A stretch of DNA of 64,000 nucleotides from a virus (taxonomy: Duplodnaviria > Caudoviricetes): positions 668-64,667 of the IMG/VR virus record IMGVR_UViG_3300034374_002231; one strand, 5' to 3'. Position numbers and translations under genes: made by a program. Positions 18,925 through 28,880 of this stretch are shown here, one piece after another; position 1 is the first letter of the stretch; every line of letters begins with the position of its first letter. Under the pieces are notes generated by a model that did no database searches, was not told the origin of the DNA, and worked only from the letters and a program-made list of their open reading frames with translations.

Positions 18925-21236
18925 TAGCTGATGTTCCCGGACATTACGCAGACTGTGCCACTGATAAACAAGATCGTCGCGGTCCCCCGTGTTGCGAGCG
19001 TGACACTCGCCTTGTCGAGATTGTTGCCAGCAATATACGCCGTGGTAATGCTGCATGTGATCGTGATGTCGCCAGAGGTGTTGTTGAAGATGCTTACAAC
19101 GTCACCTTCGCTAAAAGTCGCGTCAGGGATTGTGATGCTGCCGCCCGTACCCACTTGGACGTACTTGCCTACATCCCCTGTCGCCAGCGTGTAGCTGGTG
19201 GTCTTGGTGCCGACAGCCGGGACGTTCCGGAAGCCAACCTCGTTGGTCCCGTCAGCAGTAGAGTTCGAAAGATCAAGTGCCGGCGTGCCGGTAGAGTTCG
19301 AAAGATTAAGTGTGGGCGTGCCGGTGCAATTCGACAAATCCCCTGATGTGGGTGTACCAAGAACTGGCGTCACCAAGGTCGGTGACGTGTTAAACACGAC
19401 GGCACCCGTTCCGGTCTCGCCGGTAATAAGTGCGGCGAAATTTGCGGTGGTCGGACTGTTTACAAACGCGTCAAACCCGGAGGCTCGGCCCACTAACCCC
19501 CACGAGGTCAGATTCGAACTGTAGGCCTGCACGTCATAGCCGATAGCCACGCCAAGATTAGTACGAGCCGCTGCCGCTGTAGAAGCCCCAGTGCCCCCGT
19601 CGGCTACCGCAAGGTCGGTGATTCCCGTTATAGATCCACCAGTGATACTGACGCTGGTGCTGTTTTGGGTAGCCATTGACCCCAAACCCAACGACGCCCG
19701 AGCAGTAACACCACTTTCGGCTACCCATGTAGACCCGTTGCCGACGATAAAGTTGCCGTTGGTCTTAGCGAGGCCCCCCAGTGCGGTAAGGTCTGCATCA
19801 TAGGCCTGCACATCGGTACCGATAGCAAGACCCAACGAGGCCCGAGCGGTTGCGCCACTTTCGGCGACCCAGCCAGCTGCGCTGCCAACAATGATGTTTC
19901 CGTCAGCGGAAGACAACGCCGCAATCTTAGTAAGGTCTGCGTCATAGGCCTGTACATCGCTTCCGATAGCGAGTCCAAGACTCGACCGGGCTGCGGATGC
20001 CGTAGTGCCTCCAGTACCCCCATTGGCGACCCCAAGCGTACCACCGAGCGTCATAGTACCAAACGACGTGATGGGGCTTCCTGAGACTGTCAGCCCTGTG
20101 GTCCCGCCGCTCAGACCAACCGAGGTAACCGAACCGTCCCCGGAGCCAGTCGAGACAAACTGCAGCGTGCCATTACCATCCGTGGCTAGAACATAGTTGG
20201 CCGTGGAGTCCGCGGTAGGAAGGGTAAAAGTGCTCAAGAACGCAGCGCTGTTCGCGTCGTATGCCGCTACGTCTACGCCGATTTCGAGGCCAAGATTAGA
20301 CCGCGCTGCCGCCGCTGTGGAAGCCCCTGTCCCACCGTCTGCGATAGCGAGGTCGGTAATTCCAGTAATAGACCCGCCAGTGATACTAACACTGGTACTG
20401 TTTTGTGTAGCTACTGTGCCAAGGCCAAGCGACGTGCGCGCAGAGCTGGGAGTCTCTAGCGCCCACGACGTTCCGGTACCCACAATAAAGTTATTAAGCG
20501 TAGGAGCCAACGCAGCGATCTGGTCGAGGTTTACGTCCCACGCCTGTACATTGCTACCAATAGCCACTCCGAGGTTAGTACGTGCATCCGCGGCAGTAGA
20601 TGCTCCAGTTCCACCGTCTGCTACAGCAAGGTCCGTGATGCCAGTGATAGAGCCACCAGTAAACGCAACACTGCTGCTAGACAGCGTGGCGGCCACCGAG
20701 CCACCTGTGATGCTGACGTTATTGCTGTTTTGAGTTGCAATGGTTCCAAGACCAAGGTTTGTTCGCGCAGTGGAGGCACTGTTGACGTCAGACAAGTTAT
20801 TGGACGCCAATAGGAAATCTCCGAAATTGGCAGTAAGATCCACAACCTGTGCCGTCGCACCGCCGCCATCTGCGTATACGACCGCGGCTTTGCCATTGGT
20901 AACAGTGACGTTACCCCCCGACCCTTGGGTAAGAACGACAGCCTGCCCGCTGTTGTTCTGGACAAAGAACAGCTTAGTCTGGTCGTTCGGGCTGATAGTT
21001 ACAGTATTGGTGCCGGTCGGAGAACCTGCGAACACAAGGACCGCATAGTTGGCGTCAGAAAGGGTGCCATCTGTTGTCGTCAGCGTGTGTGTGGTGCCAG
21101 ACAGCGATATTTCCTTGACGCCCTTGGTGGCGGCATCAAGCATCTGCAGGTTCACGTTGGTGTTATCGCCCCATGTGCCACTGTCGGCACCTGTGACCAT
21201 CAAGCGAAGCCCATTGATGTTCGTGTAGCTTGTCAT
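18924..21236 (-). CDS. Tail fibre protein
   Basis: 770 aa; repeated ITGITDLAVADGGTGASTAAAARTNLG and VQAYDADLT fibre repeats. Confidence 0.85.
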   Translation of the reverse strand: MTSYTNINGLRLMVTGADSGTWGDNTNVNLQMLDAATKGVKEISLSGTTHTLTTTDGTLSDANYAVLVFAGSPTGTNTVTISPNDQTKLFFVQNNSGQAVVLTQGSGGNVTVTNGKAAVVYADGGGATAQVVDLTANFGDFLLASNNLSDVNSASTARTNLGLGTIATQNSNNVSITGGSVAATLSSSSVAFTGGSITGITDLAVADGGTGASTAADARTNLGVAIGSNVQAWDVNLDQIAALAPTLNNFIVGTGTSWALETPSSARTSLGLGTVATQNSTSVSITGGSITGITDLAIADGGTGASTAAAARSNLGLEIGVDVAAYDANSAAFLSTFTLPTADSTANYVLATDGNGTLQFVSTGSGDGSVTSVGLSGGTTGLTVSGSPITSFGTMTLGGTLGVANGGTGGTTASAARSSLGLAIGSDVQAYDADLTKIAALSSADGNIIVGSAAGWVAESGATARASLGLAIGTDVQAYDADLTALGGLAKTNGNFIVGNGSTWVAESGVTARASLGLGSMATQNSTSVSITGGSITGITDLAVADGGTGASTAAAARTNLGVAIGYDVQAYSSNLTSWGLVGRASGFDAFVNSPTTANFAALITGETGTGAVVFNTSPTLVTPVLGTPTSGDLSNCTGTPTLNLSNSTGTPALDLSNSTADGTNEVGFRNVPAVGTKTTSYTLATGDVGKYVQVGTGGSITIPDATFSEGDVVSIFNNTSGDITITCSITTAYIAGNNLDKASVTLATRGTATILFISGTVCVMSGNIS

Positions 21237-21245
21237 GTCGGCCTC

Positions 21246-22208
21246 TTATGCGGCTATGTCGTCCCAACCATCACCAGACGGCGGAACTATTTCTGTCCAT
21301 GTGCCCCCAGAGGGTGGCGTTACTCCAGACCAAGTTACAGGCGGTTCTGGTGCTATTGGCCCCCAAACTATCACAGACGGAGTTGCTAGGGTAGCCTCAA
21401 CACCAAGCAGAGACACAACAGCAGAGCCTATTACAGAGGCTGCGCCAACGGTCCCCGTGGCAGTAACACCTGTAACGGGAGCAGTAGCACTGATAGAAAT
21501 TACAACGGAGCCAATAGCGCCAGACGCTTCAACACCTGTCGGGGAGACGTTGGCGGCAGCAAGTACCGTGACACTGCCGACAAAGCCAGTTGCCGATACT
21601 CCAGAAGCATTAACATTTGCCGGGACAGAGGCAGTGACAGAGCCGATCTGACCGGACGCAGATACGCCCGTAGCAGATACGTTTGCCGTCCCCACGACCG
21701 CAGCCGTGCCAATCGCGCCGGAGGCGGAAACGCCAACTACGGTCGTGTTGCTGTCAGCGGAAACGGTCAGGGTGCCTGCCGCGCCAGTCGCGAAGACGCC
21801 CGTAACGGGGACGTCTATGTCTATACCCTCAAGGATAGATACAGTGCCGACCTGTCCGGTTGCCTCAACACCCTCAAGGATGACATCTGGGTTAACGTCA
21901 ACAATGCCTACATTGCCTGCACCAGAAACGCCTGTTGCCACCACATTGGCCGTGCCAACCATAGTGATGGAGCCAACCGCACCGGACGCAGGGACGCCTG
22001 TGACTGTGGTATTGCTGTCAGCAGACACCGAGACAGTGCCAGCCGCACCAGTGGCGGCAACGCCGGTTACAGATACACTGGCCGCGCCTACAACAGATAG
22101 GCTTCCTACACTGCCTGTAGCCTCAACGCCGGTTAGAGTAACGGCGGTTTCACCTTTCAGGCCATCATCGGCAAGCGGCGCGGCTGATAGTGGGGCGAAG
22201 CCAAGCAT
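21246..22208 (-). CDS. Val/Thr/Gly-rich repetitive virion protein
   Basis: 320 aa; starts MLGFAPLSAAPLA; about 23-aa repeats of TGVxATGxVGxVxV. Confidence 0.7.
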   Translation of the reverse strand: MLGFAPLSAAPLADDGLKGETAVTLTGVEATGSVGSLSVVGAASVSVTGVAATGAAGTVSVSADSNTTVTGVPASGAVGSITMVGTANVVATGVSGAGNVGIVDVNPDVILEGVEATGQVGTVSILEGIDIDVPVTGVFATGAAGTLTVSADSNTTVVGVSASGAIGTAAVVGTANVSATGVSASGQIGSVTASVPANVNASGVSATGFVGSVTVLAAANVSPTGVEASGAIGSVVISISATAPVTGVTATGTVGAASVIGSAVVSLLGVEATLATPSVIVWGPIAPEPPVTWSGVTPPSGGTWTEIVPPSGDGWDDIAA

Positions 22209-22212
22209 CTAT

Positions 22213-22449
22213 TTACTCCGTAGTAGCAGCATTCCCAGCAGCGATGGCTGCATCAATCGGAGCCATGTCCTCGGTCGTCCAGAAATCAGCGCTGCGCATA
22301 ACCTCAAGATGCTCCACATTGCGCTCGATCACTGTATCGTCGTCTGCATACTGATCAGGGTTGGCGATTGCATCGTTTATGATCCATACGCTGTCGAGGC
22401 AGGCGCTATAGTGCTTTGCAATGCGTTCTGGTGTCAATTCATCTTCCAT
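22213..22449 (-). CDS. Small acidic protein, probable tail-fibre chaperone
   Basis: IERNVEHLEVM...FWTTEDMAPIDAAI; lies in the fibre cluster. Confidence 0.55.
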   Translation of the reverse strand: MEDELTPERIAKHYSACLDSVWIINDAIANPDQYADDDTVIERNVEHLEVMRSADFWTTEDMAPIDAAIAAGNAATTE

Positions 22450-22457
22450 TTTATATC

Positions 22458-22895
22458 TCAAAGTTTAGTGGGCCAAGTGACTTCGTAAGGGAAGCCTGCT
22501 TGTCCTGTTATATCACGAAGGGCTTGGCGGTACACTTCCCATTCCAATGGAATGTTGGTGCCTTTCTCAGTGTGCATAATAACAATCCAATCAGTGTCTT
22601 TTAGAAGCCCATCACGTCTATTACGGATGTTGCTCTGGGCCTGTTCTAATGGCAAGGCTTCCAGCACATACGATAAAGACCAGTTGCCAACAGAATCTTG
22701 TTCGAAATTGCCATCAACAAGTTTCCATGAGAGTGAATCGTACTCACTTGGTGTTGGGCGAGTGTACGGATACACATCGTAGCTTGCCAAGAGTGCATCA
22801 GGTATCTTCTTGGGAAAGGATGTTTGCGGATTATCACGGCGCAGTTGTCCCAGTGTGTATTTGGCCGGGACGCCGTTTGTAAGTTTCAGGTACAT
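22458..22895 (-). CDS. Tail fibre assembly chaperone
   Basis: IRNRRDGLLKDTDW...WEVYRQALRDITGQAGFPYEVTWPTK signature. Confidence 0.85.
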   Translation of the reverse strand: MYLKLTNGVPAKYTLGQLRRDNPQTSFPKKIPDALLASYDVYPYTRPTPSEYDSLSWKLVDGNFEQDSVGNWSLSYVLEALPLEQAQSNIRNRRDGLLKDTDWIVIMHTEKGTNIPLEWEVYRQALRDITGQAGFPYEVTWPTKL

Positions 22896-22916
22896 TATTC
22901 TCTGGCCTCCTTAGCC

Positions 22917-23600
22917 TCAGTCAAAAACCGCCGTGACGGCTCTCCAAACGTCATTTCCACCGCCGCCAAACCCGCCGGGGTCATCTGATGTTTGCTCGGC
23001 AATTTTATACGCAATCGCCGTAGACGAAGATTGAGAACCACTACGATCTTCAGCGCCACTAAGTTCCCAACCGACCGGCGCTGTCATTGTAACCGGGTCG
23101 TCGTCTAAATGCCCGGTGGCAATCCACAACCCACCACTTGCAGTTAAGCTGGGGGGATTAGGCATACCAATATTAGCGAAAGCAACAGCTGAATTTACAA
23201 AGCTGCTCACCCCTCTGAAGACAGACGCAACAACTGATAACCCTTCCCAGTATTCGTCATCGTGATCGTTCCACGGATTAGCATCTCCCGCCTGCACAAA
23301 CCGATAGCCCACGAACCAACCGGGGTCGCTTTGACTAGATTGATTGTAAATGTTGGAAAATGACATACCCTCCCACCGAACATTCCTGCCCCCTCTGGAA
23401 AAGCTAAACGCTATAACAACAAGGTCTCCGGGCGAAGCGATTGATAAAACGTCTAACGCCTCAGCGCTGCTATTCCAAACGCCCACATCCGCACCGCTTT
23501 TGGTCACCGACCCAAGATGCTGTATGCCACTACCGCCGCCGCCGCCGCCGCCACCAGCCCCAGCACGAGCCATCAACAGCTTCTGTGCAGAAGTAATCAT
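22917..23600 (-). CDS. Tail-fibre-associated protein (possible receptor-binding subunit)
   Basis: Start [14 protein letters not shown] overlaps the upstream stop; poly-Gly linker; GDLVVIAF and TAPVGWEL motifs. Confidence 0.6.
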   Translation of the reverse strand: MITSAQKLLMARAGAGGGGGGGGSGIQHLGSVTKSGADVGVWNSSAEALDVLSIASPGDLVVIAFSFSRGGRNVRWEGMSFSNIYNQSSQSDPGWFVGYRFVQAGDANPWNDHDDEYWEGLSVVASVFRGVSSFVNSAVAFANIGMPNPPSLTASGGLWIATGHLDDDPVTMTAPVGWELSGAEDRSGSQSSSTAIAYKIAEQTSDDPGGFGGGGNDVWRAVTAVFD

Positions 23601-25243
23601 GCCATCGCATCCCCAGCGAGGAAGCCATACCAAGTAGTGCCGCCGTCCACTGTCATAAACGTGTAGATGTCCTTTTCACCGCTTGCAGGCGCATCAGGAG
23701 CCGTGCCACCAGCCCAGTCAACCGATGCAGGCCATGTCAGCGTGTGCGTGCCTCCAGCCGTGATGATGAGACTGAACGTGCCGACCTGACCTGACGATGG
23801 TGCGCCAGTGAAGGTAAACGTGGTATTGCCAGATGTGGTCAGCGTGTAGGTGTCTCGTGCTCCTACGTCCACCGATGGGGTGGTGCCTGAGAGGGCAGCA
23901 CTGGTGTTGTCGATACCTGCACCCGGAATACGGAAGCGAGTAATGCTCGTATTCCCCAGCGTGATCTCGTTGGAGACTGTGGCAGAGGATGCGTCAGAGC
24001 CTTGGCCGATGACGATCTGGTTAGAGCCTGTAGTGGTGGCGTCACCAGCAGTCTCACCGATGAAGATGTTGTCTGTGCCAGAGGTTACGGCGAAGCCTGC
24101 TTGATACCCAATGGCGATGTTATCACCAGAAGCATCAGTAGCCACCCCAGACCCCATAGCATCTTGGCCGATGGCGATGTTACGTCCGCCAGTAGTAGCA
24201 GCATCAAGAGCATCAAGGCCAATCGCAATGTTGTAAGACCCAGTTGTAACGGACCGCGCCGCATCTTTGCCAATAAAGGTGTTTCCTATACCTGAAGTAA
24301 CGCTTGTTCCGGTTGCAGAGCCTAAAAATGTATTCCAAAAACCCGTTGATACGTTTTCACCAGCTTGAAATCCGATGGCTACATTTCGTCCAGCCGTAGA
24401 TGATGCTACACCATACCTCATGGCTCCAGTGCCGACTACAGTGTTTGCCGCGCCAGTTACACTTGTGTTCAAAGCCCTAGAGCCGACTACAGTATTATCA
24501 GCGGCGCTTACTAAATTAGCACCTGCGTTATAGCCCACAAAAACACTATCGTCAGTCGCCGTTGCATCCTGTCCCGCATTTCGTCCAACTGCCGTAGTAT
24601 ACCTAGTAGCGCCGAGTGATGGGATTGCGCCCTGCCCAAGGCCAACCGAAAATGCTGGTGTAACAGCGTCCGACAAGTCACTTAGGCTAGTGGCACCACC
24701 AGCCGTAATCCAATCATAGTCACTACCGTTCCACGACAGCACCTCACCAGTCGTAGCTGTGCCAGTGTTCAGGTGGGTGTCAACGTCACTGTCGGTGTAT
24801 CCGGGCGTAGCTATTTCAAAATTAGGATACGTTCCGCTGGCAGTAATCGCCCCAGAACCAGTGATGCTAACCGTCTGATCTGGCGCAGAGTTTGTAATTG
24901 TCGAACCAGTGATGCTTATGCCAGTGCCTGCGGTCAGGTCGGCTTGTTGCAAAATATCCTCGGCAGCAGCCGTAACATACACTACAGCGTCACCCGACAG
25001 GTTCAACAAGCTGCCTGTGCTGCTTTCGTCCAGCGTCCGCGACAGGGTGGTGCCGGTCGCCGTGTAGGTGCCTGTTCCAATCTCCCAAGCCGTACCGTCC
25101 TCAATGACATAACGCACGGTCTCCCCGTCAGCCACGCCAGCATCACCAAATGACTGATAGCCGCTTTCAGCAGAGCCAAGAGTGATGGTCCCTGTACCAG
25201 TCGTGGCCGTGGACATCTTGGCGCGGTTGACGAGTTTGACCAT
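23597..25243 (-). CDS. Tail fibre/spike with adhesin-like beta-roll repeats
   Basis: 548 aa; N-terminal [20 protein letters not shown]; NxAIGxxA repeats; C-terminal [15 protein letters not shown]. Confidence 0.85.
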   Translation of the reverse strand: MVKLVNRAKMSTATTGTGTITLGSAESGYQSFGDAGVADGETVRYVIEDGTAWEIGTGTYTATGTTLSRTLDESSTGSLLNLSGDAVVYVTAAAEDILQQADLTAGTGISITGSTITNSAPDQTVSITGSGAITASGTYPNFEIATPGYTDSDVDTHLNTGTATTGEVLSWNGSDYDWITAGGATSLSDLSDAVTPAFSVGLGQGAIPSLGATRYTTAVGRNAGQDATATDDSVFVGYNAGANLVSAADNTVVGSRALNTSVTGAANTVVGTGAMRYGVASSTAGRNVAIGFQAGENVSTGFWNTFLGSATGTSVTSGIGNTFIGKDAARSVTTGSYNIAIGLDALDAATTGGRNIAIGQDAMGSGVATDASGDNIAIGYQAGFAVTSGTDNIFIGETAGDATTTGSNQIVIGQGSDASSATVSNEITLGNTSITRFRIPGAGIDNTSAALSGTTPSVDVGARDTYTLTTSGNTTFTFTGAPSSGQVGTFSLIITAGGTHTLTWPASVDWAGGTAPDAPASGEKDIYTFMTVDGGTTWYGFLAGDAMA

Positions 25244-25254
25244 GTTTTAGCCTC

Positions 25255-25704
25255 TTACGCGATGCGGATGATAGCGTTCGAAGCATCCGCTGTTGGGAAC
25301 AGAATCTGGAAGTCGCCAGCCGTAGAGGTCTTGTCAGACCCAAAATCAAGCACAGCAACAGTGTCTGTTGTGCCTGTGCCCCCGCCAGTGGTGGTGTTGT
25401 AGATCAACGCGCCACGGGCCGTGATGGTTGCCGACGTGAACGTGATGTCTGCAAAGTCTGCAAATGCGGTGGTGCCACTGGTAGTGGGCGTGATGTTCGT
25501 CAAAGTTCCGCCGCCCGCAGAATACGATCCGGAGTTGCTGACCTCGTTGGTGGAGGTGTAATCTGTGGTCGCTGCGGTAAAAGACGCACTGTTGGTGTAC
25601 AGAGCAATCTTGAACGTGTGGCCGGTGGAAGCCGTGAAGTCGTGCTTGGCCTGAAGCAGTTCCTGCTTGAAGCTGGTGCACATGAAGTTGCCGGTGAACG
25701 CCAT
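25255..25704 (-). CDS. Virion structural (tail) protein
   Basis: 149 aa; MCTSFKQELL...FKIALYT...ARGALIYN...VLDFGSDK, a pattern common in phage structural modules. Confidence 0.75.
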   Translation of the reverse strand: MAFTGNFMCTSFKQELLQAKHDFTASTGHTFKIALYTNSASFTAATTDYTSTNEVSNSGSYSAGGGTLTNITPTTSGTTAFADFADITFTSATITARGALIYNTTTGGGTGTTDTVAVLDFGSDKTSTAGDFQILFPTADASNAIIRIA

Positions 25705-25989
25705 TTAGAGTCTCCTGATAAGTTCGGCCAACTCTGGCTGGCCTGCATCCATAAGGGCATTATACACAGTTGTGCGGTCACTGTTAATCGCTTGCTTCAA
25801 GTACAGCATTATGAGGTGCTGCACCGTCCCGCGAAACGCTTCTGCCTGCTCTCGGATTGGCGCAGGAGCAGAGGCGGACACATGCACGATCTTTTGAACG
25901 CACTGTTCAGCCAACTCTTCCGGCGTAAACCCACGGCGGTCAGTGGTTCTGACGCCAACGGGGCCTATCTCCATCATGCCAAGACTCAT
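25705..25989 (-). CDS. Hypothetical virion-module protein
   Basis: 94 aa, RGFTPEELAEQCV; coupled to its neighbours. Confidence 0.7.
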   Translation of the reverse strand: MSLGMMEIGPVGVRTTDRRGFTPEELAEQCVQKIVHVSASAPAPIREQAEAFRGTVQHLIMLYLKQAINSDRTTVYNALMDAGQPELAELIRRL

Positions 25990-26636
25990 TGCTTAGGCCT
26001 TATAAGTTGACCGGAGCGATATTCGTCCGTCGTTTCCTTTGCCTCTCCAAGCTGCTTCAGGCCCATCAGGCTTTCCTCGAACCGCTTATCATAATAAGAC
26101 ATCAGATCCTGTGCGCCTTTCATAAACACATAAGCCTCGACAAGCGCTCCGTACAGAAGACTAAGCTCCGCGTTTACACTAAGCCATGTGGTGCCGCTGT
26201 CAGCGCCCGCGGTAATACTTGTAGGGCGGTACAAATAGTGAAGCTCGGCGGTGTACGATCCATCTGCGGACGGGGCCACGATAAAGTTGTCCACATCAAA
26301 CTGTGCGTAATACCGAGGCACGCCAGTATCAGCCGGGTCTGGGTTCACCTCCTGCACAAAGTTCGCAGACTTGAACAGCAGAAACTCCTTATCGCCTGAC
26401 GTACCAGTCAAGCTCAGCGACCAAGGCGCTAGGAAGTCAGACGGGCACGGGAGGTACTGAGAGCTAGAGGACAGAGTGGCAGTAGCGTTCTTGCGGAACA
26501 GACTAAGCTGCACACTCTTCAGTATCCTCTCCTCCGCAGAGCGAATAAACACAGGAAGATTGCTGACGAAGGTGCTCTCCGTGTTTTCAGCGTAGTCCTG
26601 AATTGCCTGCTTTAGCTCTGCGTAGGTGAAGCTCAT
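25986..26636 (-). CDS. Head-tail adaptor / tail tubular protein
   Basis: 216 aa; MSFTYAELKQAIQDY, GVPRYYA, LLYGALVEA. Confidence 0.7.
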   Translation of the reverse strand: MSFTYAELKQAIQDYAENTESTFVSNLPVFIRSAEERILKSVQLSLFRKNATATLSSSSQYLPCPSDFLAPWSLSLTGTSGDKEFLLFKSANFVQEVNPDPADTGVPRYYAQFDVDNFIVAPSADGSYTAELHYLYRPTSITAGADSGTTWLSVNAELSLLYGALVEAYVFMKGAQDLMSYYDKRFEESLMGLKQLGEAKETTDEYRSGQLIRPKQ

Positions 26637-26639
26637 GGG

Positions 26640-27002
26640 TTATGCCTTGCTGTACTTGCCACCCTTGGTGGCTGCGCCCATCCCACGGCACGTGCCGCCG
26701 GACTTCTTCTTGACGACGCCGCCGGACTTTTTCTTGACGACACCCCCTTTTGCAAGCCCGGAGGCTTTCCGTGCATCACGCGTTTTCTGCTTCATATCCT
26801 GCATACCCTTTATGCGGTGCGCCTCAGAGACTTTACCGCTCCTCAGTTTTTGCCTGAGACGATTTGCAGCGGCCTTGTCCAGATCGCCACTAGTCTCTCT
26901 AGCATTGATTTTAGAGTTCACCGCTCTTGCAGCTTTGATAATTTTTGACGCTTTCTTTTCGTCGCGGTTGTACGGACGTGCAGTTGAATTTCCACCGGGC
27001 AT
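26640..27002 (-). CDS. Small Lys/Arg-rich protein with KGG/SGG motifs
   Basis: RBS GGAGAA before ATG at 27002; ends LAKGGVVKKKSGGVVKKKSGGTCRGMGAATKGGKY. Confidence 0.7.
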   Translation of the reverse strand: MPGGNSTARPYNRDEKKASKIIKAARAVNSKINARETSGDLDKAAANRLRQKLRSGKVSEAHRIKGMQDMKQKTRDARKASGLAKGGVVKKKSGGVVKKKSGGTCRGMGAATKGGKYSKA

Positions 27003-27003
27003 T

Positions 27004-27327
27004 TCATTCTCCATCGGTTGTGGTGACAGTGACAGTTCCAACAGATGCTACCATATACTGGGCAGGATTGCCTACGGGATTCCACCCCCACAACGCCCGG
27101 CTTTCCTGCAGCGAGGTGTCGGGTCGTGGATCAACGAGCGATTGTGGGTCAAAAATTTTAACTCGCCCAAGGAAGTTCTGCGGGTGATCGGGGTCCACGA
27201 CATCCTTACCGACACGCATGCCTGTCTTAACGCCGTCCTTGTATTCCCACACAAGGTCAGCAAGTGGGTATCGAAACCCCGTTTTGTCACAGTAACCGTA
27301 TGCGTATTTACCGGCAGCGCGAGGCAT
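27004..27327 (-). CDS. Conserved virion-module protein
   Basis: 107 aa; GKYAYGYCDKTGFRY...DPDHPQ...DPRPD. Confidence 0.7.
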   Translation of the reverse strand: MPRAAGKYAYGYCDKTGFRYPLADLVWEYKDGVKTGMRVGKDVVDPDHPQNFLGRVKIFDPQSLVDPRPDTSLQESRALWGWNPVGNPAQYMVASVGTVTVTTTDGE

Positions 27328-27998
27328 TAGATGTACCCCATATAAGGAACGAACCTAGACGACGAACGATCTTCGTCTTCACTTGCGGCAAGGGCAAACT
27401 GTTCGTCATAGTCGGCCTTGAGTGCTGGTACCCGAGGCGCGGCATCCGGCTTCTTCATGGCAATCTGATAGGCAAGACCAGACACAAGGGCGGGTACAAA
27501 CCGCGGCGGGATAGCTGCCGAGGTTCCGATACCAGACGCCAAACCATCAATACCTTTCAAGCGATAGTAGAACAGCGTATACGATGTCGTAGCGTCAGGA
27601 ACCGGCCATAAAGTAACAGTGACGTCACTGATATTACGCGCCACATAAATCTGTGTCGGGCGTCCAGTTGTGTTCTTGTTGGTCTGTTGTGCGTACGTGG
27701 ATACGCTAATCCGCTCCAACGACGTGTCAACCTGATTGACCCCGCTACCAGTACGCAGCTGATGCTCTATCAGATCAATCGTATCTGTAGGCATCGTGTA
27801 CGAGGCTGTACCCGCGGTCAGAGCTTGTGTGCCAGACTCAATCGTGAAGAGGTTCAGACCCCGGTTTTGCCATTCAAGAGTCAGCAAGTTCAGACTGCGT
27901 CGGGCGGTCTTCAGGTCGTACCCCGTACGCATTTCGAGGCCTGCGCGCTCGTAGGCCTCCTCAAACAGCTCCGCAATATCAGGTACGACTACAGCCAT
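27327..27998 (-). CDS. Head-tail adaptor (P22 gp4-like position)
   Basis: 223 aa; EEAYERAG...ARRSLNLL..EWQNRGLNL, GRPTQIY, LWPVPD. Confidence 0.75.
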   Translation of the reverse strand: MAVVVPDIAELFEEAYERAGLEMRTGYDLKTARRSLNLLTLEWQNRGLNLFTIESGTQALTAGTASYTMPTDTIDLIEHQLRTGSGVNQVDTSLERISVSTYAQQTNKNTTGRPTQIYVARNISDVTVTLWPVPDATTSYTLFYYRLKGIDGLASGIGTSAAIPPRFVPALVSGLAYQIAMKKPDAAPRVPALKADYDEQFALAASEDEDRSSSRFVPYMGYI

Positions 27999-28252
27999 CA
28001 GGTCTTCTTCCTATGCCGTGCGGTTTTCTTCGCAACCGTCTTTGGCTGCTTGGAGAACTGCTTTCCCTTTTTTGTGTCCTCTCGCTTCTTGCGAGACGTC
28101 GCCGCGTATTCAGACGCGGACAAGGACTTGATCGCGTTCTCCGGCAAGTACCGCTCGCCAGTCGCTGTGGGGCCTTGCGTGGAGGGCTGACCAGACTTGG
28201 TGCGCCACTTCTGCTTTGTCCACGCGTTCAGAGACTTCTGCGGGGCCTTCAC
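27998..28252 (-). CDS. Small basic protein (DUF5872-like)
   Basis: GTG start with RBS GGAGG; SLNAWTKQKWRTKSG...GERYLP...GKQFSKQP. Confidence 0.7.
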   Translation of the reverse strand: MKAPQKSLNAWTKQKWRTKSGQPSTQGPTATGERYLPENAIKSLSASEYAATSRKKREDTKKGKQFSKQPKTVAKKTARHRKKT

Positions 28253-28566
28253 GACGTGTACCCTCCGCCCTTGTCCTTGTACTGCTTGGCAAGCATCTGG
28301 GCCTTACGAGCAGACCACTGCCCGGGCTTGCCGCCCTTGCCACCCGCCTTGATACTCTCGAACAAGCTCTTGCGCATCCCGGGATTCGTGTAGTTACCAG
28401 ACTCGTTGACCCGACTTTCGGTTTTACCTCCAGTCTTCATGGGCTTGGTGCCCTTGTACCCAGACGCGTACGCGGCACGCCCCTGCCGTTCGGCAGCGGC
28501 TTTGGTCTTGTAGACCTTGCCTTTGCTACCCCACTTGTAGCCTCCGGGTACTTTTTTGACCGGCAT
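28249..28566 (-). CDS. Small basic protein
   Basis: 105 aa; GGYKWGSKGKVY; YTNPGMRK...GGKPGQWSARKAQMLAKQYKDKGGGY. Confidence 0.75.
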   Translation of the reverse strand: MPVKKVPGGYKWGSKGKVYKTKAAAERQGRAAYASGYKGTKPMKTGGKTESRVNESGNYTNPGMRKSLFESIKAGGKGGKPGQWSARKAQMLAKQYKDKGGGYTS

Positions 28567-28880
28567 TACCGCATAGTCCCCTTGGTCTTACCCCGCTGGC
28601 AGACACCGTCTCCACGGACCCGGCCGCCGGATTTCATCTTCTTCATGCCCGTCACTTTGCGCATTAGAGGGGCTGCGTCCTTACGAGGGGCTTTATCCTT
28701 CGCCACCGCCATAGCCTGCGCTACGGCCTGTTCCATAGCCTGCTTGCCTGCCTGCGGTGTGGCGGAGTAGTTGCCCTCAGCGTCAGGCATCATGCCGCCC
28801 GCCTGCATCTTCTTGGTGCCTTTGCAGTTCATGCGGTTTCCTTTCATCTGGCTGCCCATCTGGGCACGCGAAATAGCCAT
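28566..28880 (-). CDS. Small basic protein beginning MAISRAQ
   Basis: Coupled to the upstream stop (TGATG); MQAGG and MKSGGRVRGDGVCQRGKTKG; alternative RBS-preceded ATG at 28832. Confidence 0.7.
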   Translation of the reverse strand: MAISRAQMGSQMKGNRMNCKGTKKMQAGGMMPDAEGNYSATPQAGKQAMEQAVAQAMAVAKDKAPRKDAAPLMRKVTGMKKMKSGGRVRGDGVCQRGKTKGTMR

